This document shows positions 1 through 9,903 of a DNA stretch of 64,000 bases, piece by piece. Within the stretch, counting starts at the first letter, position 1. Every line of letters starts with the position of its first letter. The stretch comes from a bacterium ADurb.Bin236 (GTDB lineage: Bacteria; UBP15; UBA6099), in assembly GCA_002069885.1 (NCBI GenBank), contig MWCD01000004.1, forward strand, positions 81,296 through 145,295, read 5' to 3'. The notes under the pieces are model-generated. The model had not been told where the DNA came from and ran no database searches. It saw only the letters and a list, made by a program, of their open reading frames with translations. A program made the translations under genes and the position numbers.

Positions 1-114
1 CAGGACGCCGAAAACATATATCATCCATTCGAGACGCATTATGAGGGCGGAGCCGGCCACTATCATAGCTCCTCTTAAAACCAACGCCCCTACTACTCCC
101 CAGAACAAAGTCCT

Positions 115-411
115 GTGTTGATACTTGAGAGGGACTTTGAAGTAATTGAATATCAAAGCGATTACAAATATGTTGTCCAAGCTGAGGGATTTCTCAATAA
201 CATAACCCGTGAAGAACTTAAGAGCCGCCTCGCGTCCGGAGGTTGCCGCTCCGGGATGCTCTCCCACGCCAAGAAAGTTGTATTCATACATGAAGTAAAC
301 GGCCACGTTAAACAGCAGCGACAGCGCTATCCAGAAAGCCGTCCAGCGCAAAGCCTCCGGGGCCTTGATTTCATGCGCCTTTTTGTTCAGGACGCCGAGA
401 TCAAGAGCTAG
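115..411 (+). CDS. Hypothetical protein (98 aa), possibly spurious or a fragment
   Basis: ORF track only; TTG start, no recognisable motif; converges on the transporter gene. Confidence 0.3.
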   Translation: MLILERDFEVIEYQSDYKYVVQAEGFLNNITREELKSRLASGGCRSGMLSHAKKVVFIHEVNGHVKQQRQRYPESRPAQSLRGLDFMRLFVQDAEIKS

Positions 412-530
412 AAGCCCAAATATTAGCGCAAAGAAGCCTATCCATAAGATTGTCATTTATATATTCCTTTTAAAATAATTAACAACAAATATCGGCCAAT
501 ACTATAAACTTTATATCGCCATGCTATATT

Positions 531-2753
531 TTAAGTCCATACCCGTTCCTCGCCGGAATCCATAACAAATAAACAGGAAGCGTCTAAGGCCTCTGCGGCG
601 TTGTGCATCGCCTCGCAATCGATTTCATCCGGCAGTCCGAATATGTTCAGATCGGCAGGTGGCGCTTGTTTGAGAGCCTTTTCGAAACCGCCTTCCAGAA
701 CGATTATTTCAGTGTCCGCCGGCATCCTAGCTATCTGAGCTATCTTCCTGAACGATTTATTAGCTTTTGTTCTTTCAGCTTCACTTTCGGCAGCGGACAT
801 GATTCTGATTTTTGCGTACCAATTTCTGGACAACTGCATAGACGTCAACAAGGCCAGATTTATGTTTTTGCTACCGTGTCGCATCCAGACATTGACGCTC
901 TTTCTGATACCGAAGGACGCCTTCGGGTGGTGTGAAAGGATTATTATGCCCAAGTTCTCTTTCATTCCAATAGCCATAAGACGTTCAAGATTTTGATCTT
1001 TTTCTCTGTCCGCGCTCATTGTCATGAACAATATATTGGGAGGAAAAAACATCCTTTTCATAACCTGAATAGCAAGGCTTGCCCCTTCAAGAAAGCTGTC
1101 GCTTTCGAGGGCCATTGTGGCTGTGAACACACCGTCTTTTTTCAACGAATCGGCCAGTTCTTCCATCTCTGCTTCGAGTTTTTCGTCATATACGGGTTGT
1201 TCAGACTCGACCGAATATCGTCGTTTTATCCTTGCAAGAGTCCCCATGAACAGTCCGGGCGACGACTTCTCCGATCTGTGCACAACTCGTATCGAAAAAA
1301 TTCTGAGCGAGCCGCCGGGCAAGGATATATCTCTAACGAACTGAAGGATATTGTGCCATTTGCCGGGTTCCTCGACCGGAAGAACCAGATTGGGCTTCCA
1401 TGATTTCGCGTTTCCGGGTAGAGACGCCGCTGTTTTTGCCGCCCACTCGGCTATCGACACGAAAAGCGCCCTCCTAACATCTCCCCACGGCGTCGTTAGG
1501 CCTCTTTTAACTTGAATCACATAAACGATAAACAACGCGGCTATAGCGGCGACGGCGAAATATGGATTTATAAAAATCATTACAATGAAACACCACAATG
1601 AGCCAACGAGAGGAACAGCCAGCGGAAGCTTGAAACTAGGGCGGAATGAGGGAATCCCTGTGCCCTGCTCAATAAGCACGGCAAGATTTATCGTTCCGTA
1701 TGTTATCAAAAAAAACATCGTCAAAAGAGGAGCTATGGAGTTCAAATCACCGGCGATAAGACAGATTGAAATAACCGTCGCGGTGAAAACGATAGCGTTT
1801 CTCGGTTCGCCATTGTCGCTCCTTCGGGCCAGAATCCTTGAAAACGGAATCACTCTGTCCTGCGCCAGAGCCATCAGAGTTCTAGGCCCGCCGACAATGC
1901 TGCCAAGCGCAGACGACAACGTGGCGCCGAACACGCCGGCGACCAAAAGTATTCTCCATCTGGCCAAAGACATCATCACAGTGTAGTCGTTCAGGAGTTG
2001 CTGTTCCGACGCCGCCATTCCAAGCCAAATCGCCATAATGATATAAATTACCAACGAAATGCCTATTGCCGCGAGAATGCCGTTTTTAAGACTCTTGCCG
2101 GGATTTTTCAAATCTCCAGACATTGCAGCTCCGGCTTCTATCCCTGTGACTGCCGGAAAAAATATGGCAAAAACAACCCAGAACGGAGCTTTTTCAAACC
2201 CGCCCCAAATCGCCGCGTCCGCCGGCGCTAAGTCGCCGTTTCCCATAAAAAACGAAAAAAGAGAAATTGTTATAACCGCCATTATTACGTATTGAATCTT
2301 CATCGCGATTTTCGCGCTAATCATCGAAACGACAAATAGCCCGGATAAAACGACGAATGAAACAACGAGGCTGTCGTGGCTTGGAAACACCGCGACCCAT
2401 GCTTCGGTGAAGCCGATTATATACATCGCGCCGGCAAGCGCTTGCGACAAATAAAGCGGAATCCCGACTGAACTGCCAATCTCTAAACCTAAAGAACGCG
2501 AAATCAGCGCGTATGAACCGCCCGCGCCCACTTTGATATTTGTGGCCATTGTGGCGATAGAAAGCCCAGTCGTGATGGTTACGATTTTTGCGAGAAAAAT
2601 AATTAGGATTGCTCCGCCTATTCCAGCGTTACCCACAACCCAACCCAGCCTGAGATACATTATTACGCCAAGAATAGTAAGGATTGTCGGCGTGAAAACG
2701 CCTTCAAAAGCGCCGAAGCCTGCTTCTCTATTGTTCTTTCTATCTTTTTGCAA
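531..2753 (-). CDS. APC-superfamily permease, cation-chloride cotransporter (SLC12/CCC)-like, with cytosolic C-terminal domain
   Basis: FGAFEGVFTPTILTILGVIMYLRLGWVVGNAG, FAIFFPAVTGIEAG and FFLITYGTINLA are CCC-type segments; about 12 hydrophobic helices followed by a soluble domain starting WKPNLVL. Confidence 0.85.
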   Translation of the reverse strand: MQKDRKNNREAGFGAFEGVFTPTILTILGVIMYLRLGWVVGNAGIGGAILIIFLAKIVTITTGLSIATMATNIKVGAGGSYALISRSLGLEIGSSVGIPLYLSQALAGAMYIIGFTEAWVAVFPSHDSLVVSFVVLSGLFVVSMISAKIAMKIQYVIMAVITISLFSFFMGNGDLAPADAAIWGGFEKAPFWVVFAIFFPAVTGIEAGAAMSGDLKNPGKSLKNGILAAIGISLVIYIIMAIWLGMAASEQQLLNDYTVMMSLARWRILLVAGVFGATLSSALGSIVGGPRTLMALAQDRVIPFSRILARRSDNGEPRNAIVFTATVISICLIAGDLNSIAPLLTMFFLITYGTINLAVLIEQGTGIPSFRPSFKLPLAVPLVGSLWCFIVMIFINPYFAVAAIAALFIVYVIQVKRGLTTPWGDVRRALFVSIAEWAAKTAASLPGNAKSWKPNLVLPVEEPGKWHNILQFVRDISLPGGSLRIFSIRVVHRSEKSSPGLFMGTLARIKRRYSVESEQPVYDEKLEAEMEELADSLKKDGVFTATMALESDSFLEGASLAIQVMKRMFFPPNILFMTMSADREKDQNLERLMAIGMKENLGIIILSHHPKASFGIRKSVNVWMRHGSKNINLALLTSMQLSRNWYAKIRIMSAAESEAERTKANKSFRKIAQIARMPADTEIIVLEGGFEKALKQAPPADLNIFGLPDEIDCEAMHNAAEALDASCLFVMDSGEERVWT

Positions 2754-2882
2754 TTGTTTTTTCCGACTAGATAGTAGCGCTCATATTATTAACAAAGCCG
2801 CTGATAACTATCCGATAATAATAAAATCCAAAAAATCATTAAGATGAGAAAACAGATAGAGCCAACGAAAAAATGCCGCCCA

Positions 2883-4031
2883 TCAGTAAATCAGATCGAA
2901 CAGTTTGGCGGCCAAGTCCTCATTGAGTTTTTGAAGTATCCTATATTCATCCAGCGCAGACTGCTTCTGTCCGCTCTGAGCGTACATGACGCCGAGACCG
3001 AAATGGGCTTCCGCATGATTCGGGAAGAGTTTAATCGCGTCTTTGAATGCGGCGGTCGCTTCTTGGTATTTTTTCATATTCAAATAAGTTGCGCCGATAT
3101 TATAGTGAGCCATAACGAATTTCGGATCCAATTTTATCGCCTCTTTGCACGAGGCAAGGCTTTCTTCGTATTTCCCGGCTTCTCTGTAAGCCACCGAAAG
3201 GTTCGAGTAAGCTTCCGCGCTTTCCTTATTTCGATCCGCGACATTTTTAAAAGCGGCTATCGCTTCGTCATATTTGCCCAGAGCGACATATACGGATCCC
3301 AAGCCTGACAATGCGACATCGAAATCAGGCTTGAGTTGAACCGCCTTCTGGAACGACTGCGACGCTTCTTCGTATTTCAAAGCCGCATTCTGAGCGAAGC
3401 CTAGATTAAAATAAACATTATGATTATCAGAAAACTTCTCCTTCGCTTTATCAAGAACGGCTATGGCTTCATCGGTTTTCTTCATCAACAAAAGAGCGCG
3501 AGCGAACGAAATATGAGCGTCCACAAACTCCGGCGCGGCCTCGAATGCCTTCCTGTAAAATTCTGACGCCTTTTCGTATTTCTCAAGCTTCATGTTGAGC
3601 AGTCCCATCCCGTATAGAGATTGCTCATGCTTGGAATTTATCTCCAAAGCTTTGTTGAAATTCTTTTCCGCTTCTTCATATTTCTCCAAGTAGGCGTTTA
3701 TTGAGCCTAAGTTAAAATAGGCGGCTGTCGATTTCGGATCAATTTCGACCGCTTTGTCGAATAACGCAATCGATTCGTCCAATACGCCTATTGTCGCGTA
3801 CATGGCTCCCAATTGAATGTACCATTCGGCATTGTCAGGTTCTTCAGCGATCTTTTTAGTCAATTCTTCAATTATAATCCCGATGTTTTCAGAGTTGTCG
3901 TCTGCCGCCACAGCATTCGTATTCGCTGATTCCGCAGAATACGCTACGATAGAGGTAAACAATGACGTTCCCAAAATAACCGCCATGCTTAGCGTCAAAG
4001 CCGCGACAAACACTTTTATAGATATTTTCAT
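2883..4031 (-). CDS. Exported tetratricopeptide-repeat protein
   Basis: Repeated TPR units (AYFNLG, AYSNL, AHYNIG, AHFGLG) after an N-terminal signal-like segment MKISIKVFVAALTLSMAVIL. Start moved to the ATG at 4031 (ORF track starts at 4070). Confidence 0.85.
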   Translation of the reverse strand: MKISIKVFVAALTLSMAVILGTSLFTSIVAYSAESANTNAVAADDNSENIGIIIEELTKKIAEEPDNAEWYIQLGAMYATIGVLDESIALFDKAVEIDPKSTAAYFNLGSINAYLEKYEEAEKNFNKALEINSKHEQSLYGMGLLNMKLEKYEKASEFYRKAFEAAPEFVDAHISFARALLLMKKTDEAIAVLDKAKEKFSDNHNVYFNLGFAQNAALKYEEASQSFQKAVQLKPDFDVALSGLGSVYVALGKYDEAIAAFKNVADRNKESAEAYSNLSVAYREAGKYEESLASCKEAIKLDPKFVMAHYNIGATYLNMKKYQEATAAFKDAIKLFPNHAEAHFGLGVMYAQSGQKQSALDEYRILQKLNEDLAAKLFDLIY

Positions 4032-4204
4032 TGTCTCTCCGCCTTTTTCGATGTTTTCATCGATCACCAATTATTCAATTTTCATGCACAAGCGCTTCTC
4101 AGTCAATAGCGCGCCTTGCGGCTTTAGAAGTTCGGTCGCCGCTATCATATATTAAATGAGTTATATAATTCTTACATCTGTTAATTATTGTATCGAAAAT
4201 TCGG

Positions 4205-6442
4205 TCACCCCGTTATCCTTGACAACACGGCTCCTAAAGGCATTATTTCCATATATAGATTATCGTCTTTAATCTCAGCAACGCCGGCGTCCGCGCAAAG
4301 TCCCATAGCCCTGTAGTTGTCGAAAACAGTGTTAATCCCGCTGATGCCGGGCATTTTTTCGCTAAGGAAGCTTACATCAAAAGTCGCGCTTCTCCGTGAT
4401 GCCGGATCAAGGTTGGCGGCAAAAACGAACGCCTCCCGGGCATTATGTCTTATCAACGCGAACAACCGGTCGTCGTGACCGAGCGATAGGTTCTCTCTCA
4501 AATAGAACACGCTGCCTTCAGCGATAATTGAAAGGCCGGTTTTCAGTTTATGAAGAGACATATAAGCTTGATGCGCCATTGCGCCCGCGCCTCGGTCTCT
4601 TTTTGAAAAATCCAGCAATGTCTCTTTTTCGAAATCAGTGCGCGTCGTCTCGATGAAGTCGGTTCCGTTTTCGAGCGCGCAACAGAAGTTCACCGCGTCC
4701 GCCGTGCCGGAGAAGATGTTTATCATCGAGCATTGCAAGCTCTTTAGCGCGGCTAAAACTTCAGGATATGAATTATGCTTTGCGACTTTAATGAAACTCC
4801 AGAGTTCCTGAGTCGCCGGATTGGAATCAAGGATTTCGGCGAATGTTTTCATCCACCGCGCCGAAGCCCGGTCGCTGTCGTGATTTTCAAAATATGCCAG
4901 CGCGCGCGCGCCGCGAGGAAACATGCGGTGGTATGTCTCGAACAAGTCATAATAAGGCGTCGCCCTGTCCACATTCACATGATTGTCCACAAGCAGGGAA
5001 TATATAATATCCGCCGGTATATCCAGAGCCTCATCGAGAGGACATAGAGTTTCGCCGATGACAATCGCGTCCGGTCTTGCTTCGTTGATTCTGTTTTTTA
5101 TCTGTTTTAAAAAAATACGGTCGACCGTCTGGCTGGCGTCGATTCTCACGCCGTCCAATCCGCACGTTTTCATCCAGTACGGAGCTACGGCGCTCAAGTA
5201 GCTCTGCAACGGCCTGTTGAATTTGAGCCTGAACAGAGCCACGTCCGAATAAACCAGCCATGCGATGCTGTGTATCTTTGGGACGCCGTTCTCGTCCAGT
5301 TCGTACCAGTCCAAATGCTCTTTAATCAGAGAGCTGTCCCTGCTGGTCTGCATAAGAACCAGATCGAAGACGACAAGTTTTCCCGCCAAGTGCGCTGCGT
5401 TAACAAGCTCGCGGAGCGCGGCGCGAGCTGCCAACTGGGCGGCGGCGTCTTCGCCAAGAATTTTCAACGCCTCAGCGTATGTTTTGATATTTTTCAAGTC
5501 CGCCGCATTTTCTATGTCGTTCGGTTTGCCTCTCTTGAAAACATCCGAAATATCAGAATCGGTTATTAAGCCGTCCGAGGCCAGCGCCGCGAAGTTTTTC
5601 TCTCGTGTGTCGCCTGCGTACGCGGGGTCTAGACGGTAAAAATCCTTAACCGCGTACACGCTTCCGAGTTCGCCTTTCCGAACGTCTTCGCCGGTAAAAA
5701 TATCGCCCGTGCCTGTCTCGAATATCGGAAGAAGATAAATTATGTCAGCCGGTATGTTCTGAATATCGCGAGTCACATCGGCGAAACATCCGCTGACAAA
5801 CTTGCCATTCTCGATCCTTGCTCCGTATTTCCTTACGCAAATCTCCATGACGGAAGGACAGTCGAGAACGCGAGAAGGACTGACTGACAGAGTCCCGTCG
5901 TTGTTGTGAGCTATGTCGTTGACGCACATCCAAGATTTGGAGATATCGCCGAGTTCGCTGTCGTCCGCTGAAAACTGTACGGTATAGCTGAACGCGCCTG
6001 TTTTCTCAATCCGCACAGGCTCGGAAATGAACACCGCGTTATTTCCGTTCACGACTGGAGAGCCGTCCGGATTTCGCAAGACCGACATTGGAACCAGATA
6101 TCCGAAATCGGGAAAGTGCGAGCCGGTTTTGTCCACGATGCCGTGCTTATTGATATCGGTCCAGAGGGCGGCGTCGATTTCTCCGTCAAGGAGCGGAGCG
6201 GCGTCCGTAACGCCTTTGATATAAATTTCGGCGGAAATTCGTATTTCAATCCCCGATTCGGGGTTCGTCGTGTCGATGAAGAATCTTTGAAGGGTTGACG
6301 GCAAAATATCTTTTCCGGCGTGAAGCTTCATGTTGCCGGCCCAGATATCGGTATTGTCGAACTGCTTGGCGATATAAGTTTCGTGGAGTTTGCGGCGTAT
6401 CACATCCCGCCGACCGCAGCTTCGTCCGATGTTGTGAGTCAT
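4205..6442 (-). CDS. Alpha-amylase family (GH13) glycosidase/transglycosylase
   Basis: IYLLPIF, YAVKDFYRLDP, nucleophile region GVRIDASQT, acid/base region IGETLCP, FENHDSDR. Confidence 0.85.
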   Translation of the reverse strand: MTHNIGRSCGRRDVIRRKLHETYIAKQFDNTDIWAGNMKLHAGKDILPSTLQRFFIDTTNPESGIEIRISAEIYIKGVTDAAPLLDGEIDAALWTDINKHGIVDKTGSHFPDFGYLVPMSVLRNPDGSPVVNGNNAVFISEPVRIEKTGAFSYTVQFSADDSELGDISKSWMCVNDIAHNNDGTLSVSPSRVLDCPSVMEICVRKYGARIENGKFVSGCFADVTRDIQNIPADIIYLLPIFETGTGDIFTGEDVRKGELGSVYAVKDFYRLDPAYAGDTREKNFAALASDGLITDSDISDVFKRGKPNDIENAADLKNIKTYAEALKILGEDAAAQLAARAALRELVNAAHLAGKLVVFDLVLMQTSRDSSLIKEHLDWYELDENGVPKIHSIAWLVYSDVALFRLKFNRPLQSYLSAVAPYWMKTCGLDGVRIDASQTVDRIFLKQIKNRINEARPDAIVIGETLCPLDEALDIPADIIYSLLVDNHVNVDRATPYYDLFETYHRMFPRGARALAYFENHDSDRASARWMKTFAEILDSNPATQELWSFIKVAKHNSYPEVLAALKSLQCSMINIFSGTADAVNFCCALENGTDFIETTRTDFEKETLLDFSKRDRGAGAMAHQAYMSLHKLKTGLSIIAEGSVFYLRENLSLGHDDRLFALIRHNAREAFVFAANLDPASRRSATFDVSFLSEKMPGISGINTVFDNYRAMGLCADAGVAEIKDDNLYMEIMPLGAVLSRITG

Positions 6443-6620
6443 AGTTCTTCCTCTTTAGAGTTGTGAAATGATAACATACGGATCCGTTCTAATCAAACCG
6501 GCGTTCTTCACGATGCAGGCGGCGCAAACGACAAAACAGCCACTCCGCCGCCGCTCATATTGACTTTGAATATTCATAATGATAATCTTGTTTTTGCGTT
6601 TTATCCGCATGGAGGCAGTT

Positions 6621-8639
6621 ATGAAATATTCTAGAGTTCTAAATGCTCTGGTAGTAGTCATGGCGGCGTCGGCTTCGCTTTCGCTTGGGGCGTACAGCCT
6701 CGACGTCGTTGACTCGGCTTACCACAATTCGTTCTCTTTCATGGCGCAAGACGAGCTTGCGTATCAGCCGGGAGATTATGTGCTGGTCACAAGAAGCAAC
6801 CAGAGAGTCATCGCGGTTGCGAAGGTAAGCTTCTCCCGCAGCGGATACGTGTACTGCGACATCGTCAAGAGCGTGATGGGAAGAACGCCCGGCAAGGGAG
6901 ACGTCGTGACCGCCGCCGGAAGCGAAGTGATGACCGCCGCGTCAAGATACGGAGACGACGCGGTTCTGGTGTCTCAATGGGAGGCGGCTTTATTTCCCTC
7001 CTTTGCGGAATTTCCGAATCAAAGGTCCGGGCTGCCCATCTCGCAGGAACCTCTCATTTCGTCGGGCAGACCGACAGTCATTCCCGGAACTACGCTTGCC
7101 CCGGCTATGGGCGAACTTGAAATATCAGTAGGAGCCGACGGGCGTTCTATAACCATGAACGCCAAGAACGCGCAACTCGCGCAGATTCTCCGCGAAATAT
7201 CCGCCAGAACCGGAGCGGCGGTGTACGTCGACCCCTCCGCTCAGTACATTGTGTCGGCGACATCGGTCACGCATTCTTTCAAAAATATGTCGCTCGACGC
7301 GGCGCTCGCAGAAATGCTCAGAAAGTACGGTCTGTCCTATTTCCATGAATCAGGCAGGTTCCACATCGTCCCCGCATCGGCGGCGATAAGCTTTGATGAA
7401 AGCAAAGAGCCGCTTGTCATCGAGAAGATTCAATTGAATTACGCCGACGCCGAAACGGTAAGGGATATGCTTCTATCAATGAGGCTGAGACCTGTCCCAG
7501 ATGTTATAGTGGCGTACAGCGGCCCTGCTCTGAAAAACACCGACCCTTCTCTTTCCATCGGCGGCAGACAGCAGGGAGAAACAACGAGGATGCTTCCCAA
7601 CGAACAGATTGTATCTGCAAAAAAGGACCTGCTGATAATCAAAGCGACGGAAGAGGTTCAGGAACAAGTTAAAAAAGTTGTTGAGTTAGTGGATGTGTCG
7701 CCGAAACAAGTTGTCATAAAAACGCTTATCCTCGAAGTGAACCGAAACAACCTAAATGACCGCGGAGCCGACAGCATCGAGTTTCCGAGCTTCAATGAGT
7801 ACGGCACGAGCGTTTTTACCGGAGATTTTGCTGAAGGAAAATACGACATCTCCATTGCGACACAGAAAACGCTGGAAGAAAGAATCAAGACGATGTACAT
7901 GAATCTGCACGTGCTTCTGCAGAACAACAAGGCAAAGATTCTTAACAATCCGACGATAGCTACCATCGACGGCCAGCCCGCGATGATAAGAGTAGGCAAA
8001 GAAATACCTCTGGAAAGAACCACAATGGTATCAAAGGAAGGCGTGGCTGTGACATCCAAGGAGACCGACTACAAACATATCGGGATGTCTCTTTACGTGT
8101 TGCCGCGCGTGCATTCGAACGGAAAGGATATCAGCCTCCTTATACATCCGGAACTCTCTGAAATGGAATCCGACTTCAAGCTGCATTTCAAAGAAACGCC
8201 CCCGATGGGATTGATGGACATGGTGGACTCAATAGCGGGAACGGAATACGGGGCGAACGCGCAGGGAGCGACCACTATGCTAGACAGCGCTCTGCCGCAG
8301 TCGCCGAACATCATCGTGCGGGAGTCCAACTCCATAGTTCAGGTTGCCAACGGGGAGGAAGTCATCATCGGCGGCCTGATACGGAGAGACAATAAAACCA
8401 GAGTTAAAAAAATGCCGCTCCTTGGAGACATGCCATTAATAGGCAATCTGTTCAGGCGCCAGTCAGACTACGTGGACGAACAGGAACTCATAATAATAAT
8501 GGTTCCCTTCGTCATGGATAAGTTGCCCGGAGATGAAAAAATCGGAGCTCCGGTCTTTGACATGATTTATAAGAATTATTCGGATATCAACGAAGAGAAA
8601 AGGTTGAAGAACAAAGACAAGTACAAGAAGAAGCAATAA
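6621..8639 (+). CDS. Secretin (GspD/PilQ family) with STN-like N-terminal domain
   Basis: Signal peptide after GGAGG at 6611-6615; PKQVVIKTLILEV, KAKILNNPTIATIDGQPAMIRVG, KMPLLGDMPLIGNLFR, EQELIIIMVP. Confidence 0.9.
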   Translation: MKYSRVLNALVVVMAASASLSLGAYSLDVVDSAYHNSFSFMAQDELAYQPGDYVLVTRSNQRVIAVAKVSFSRSGYVYCDIVKSVMGRTPGKGDVVTAAGSEVMTAASRYGDDAVLVSQWEAALFPSFAEFPNQRSGLPISQEPLISSGRPTVIPGTTLAPAMGELEISVGADGRSITMNAKNAQLAQILREISARTGAAVYVDPSAQYIVSATSVTHSFKNMSLDAALAEMLRKYGLSYFHESGRFHIVPASAAISFDESKEPLVIEKIQLNYADAETVRDMLLSMRLRPVPDVIVAYSGPALKNTDPSLSIGGRQQGETTRMLPNEQIVSAKKDLLIIKATEEVQEQVKKVVELVDVSPKQVVIKTLILEVNRNNLNDRGADSIEFPSFNEYGTSVFTGDFAEGKYDISIATQKTLEERIKTMYMNLHVLLQNNKAKILNNPTIATIDGQPAMIRVGKEIPLERTTMVSKEGVAVTSKETDYKHIGMSLYVLPRVHSNGKDISLLIHPELSEMESDFKLHFKETPPMGLMDMVDSIAGTEYGANAQGATTMLDSALPQSPNIIVRESNSIVQVANGEEVIIGGLIRRDNKTRVKKMPLLGDMPLIGNLFRRQSDYVDEQELIIIMVPFVMDKLPGDEKIGAPVFDMIYKNYSDINEEKRLKNKDKYKKKQ

Positions 8640-8795
8640 CCTCTTCAGATATCGGCAGCGAACTGCGGCGCGGAAACATTTGTTCGAGTAGCTACGGCCA
8701 ATTGAATTTGTCCCTGTTTCAGCTTTGTTGAATCTATTTGCTAAAGCGGCTGTCCCCATTTGAAATGACCGGGAGTATCGGCCAAGGAGATAAAA

Positions 8796-9233
8796 ATGCA
8801 AGAAATAGAATACGGCTCCACTGTTAAGATGCACTACGCGGTAAGACTCGATGACGGAACGGAAGTGGACAGTTCGGCAGGCCGCGAGCCTCTCGAGTTC
8901 ACAGTCGGCGAATCTCCTATTATTGCGGGAATGATAAACAATGTGATAGGAATGAGACCGGGAGACAAGAAGAGCTTCGCCGTCAAGCCGTCCGAAGCTT
9001 ATGGCGAGTCCGACCCCGAACAGATGAAGAGCATCCCCAGAAGCGCGTTTCCTGACGGAACGGATGTTTGCGTCGGAGCGCGATTCATGGCCTGCGACGA
9101 GAATGGAAACAATATTCCTTTAAATATCATTTCCGTCGATGAAGAGACTGTCGTCGCAGATTTTAATCATCCGCTGGCCGGAAAGCAATTGACGTTCGAC
9201 GTCGAGATTGTCGATGTAAAAGTCTGCAAATAA
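8796..9233 (+). CDS. slyD: FKBP-type peptidyl-prolyl isomerase (SlyD/SlpA-like, no His-rich tail)
   Basis: VKMHYAVRLDDG, EPLEFTVG, AYGE, DFNHPLAGKQLTFDVEIVDV; AAGGAG RBS. Confidence 0.9.
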   Translation: MQEIEYGSTVKMHYAVRLDDGTEVDSSAGREPLEFTVGESPIIAGMINNVIGMRPGDKKSFAVKPSEAYGESDPEQMKSIPRSAFPDGTDVCVGARFMACDENGNNIPLNIISVDEETVVADFNHPLAGKQLTFDVEIVDVKVCK

Positions 9234-9424
9234 CCCTTTTCGCGGCAAAATGAACTATAGTTGTCCCCCATCGCAAACGCGGCTGATATTTTTATTGACT
9301 GCCTGTTGTAAATTGTGATATGAATACCAACAAGGATTATTCGATTTCAATTGAGATTGCGGTGTGAAGGCGCGTTGTCGCCTTTCAGACAGCCGCAAAG
9401 CCGCTCAGGAAAGGAAATCGCGAA

Positions 9425-9886
9425 ATGGACGAGAATAAGATTTCAGTCTTGAAAGCAGCATACGAAGCGCATAAGAACGAGCTTATGCAAAGGCACAAGA
9501 TGGACACGACTGCCGGCGCGGTGACAATCCTGTTTTTTCTGCTCAGCTTCAGAGTGATAAGTCTGTATCCGCCCGCCGCCGGAGTTCTTTCCAGCCTCAC
9601 TGTTAAATGCGCCGGAACGATTATCTTTGTGATGATAACTGATGTCGCCGTTTACTTCATGTTGAAGAATTACAACAAGATATGCGAGCTGCAGAGGATA
9701 ATCGCGAGAATAGACGTCGCGTTCGGATTCTTCGACAAAGACGCGTATCTGCCGGGCGAATCGCTGTATCCGGTCGAGTGGAAAAAGTTCGGCGGAAGAC
9801 GCTCTTGGAGCGCTTTTACCCGCGCCGCCCTGCCTATCGTATTGTGCGCGATGGTTATCGCGCTGCTGTGGTTCAAGCAGTTCTAA
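9425..9886 (+). CDS. Hypothetical 3-TM membrane protein
   Basis: Three hydrophobic stretches; AAAGGA upstream; no firm family assignment. Confidence 0.65.
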   Translation: MDENKISVLKAAYEAHKNELMQRHKMDTTAGAVTILFFLLSFRVISLYPPAAGVLSSLTVKCAGTIIFVMITDVAVYFMLKNYNKICELQRIIARIDVAFGFFDKDAYLPGESLYPVEWKKFGGRRSWSAFTRAALPIVLCAMVIALLWFKQF

Positions 9887-9903
9887 TAGATGTCGCGTCA
9901 ATA

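Noticed and set aside
1-397. Direct repeat CAGGACGCCGA at 1-11 and near 388-398
   Set aside because: An 11-bp match at the window edge with no transposase or inverted repeats; likely chance.
2883-3900. Periodic repeats resembling an array
   Set aside because: Explained by protein-level TPR repeats; no identical DNA repeats with spacers, so no CRISPR.
9355-9415. Possible c-di-GMP-I riboswitch (GCAAAGC plus hairpin)
   Set aside because: Lacks the upstream GG..AA and GNRA tetraloop arm and the 3' receptor elements.
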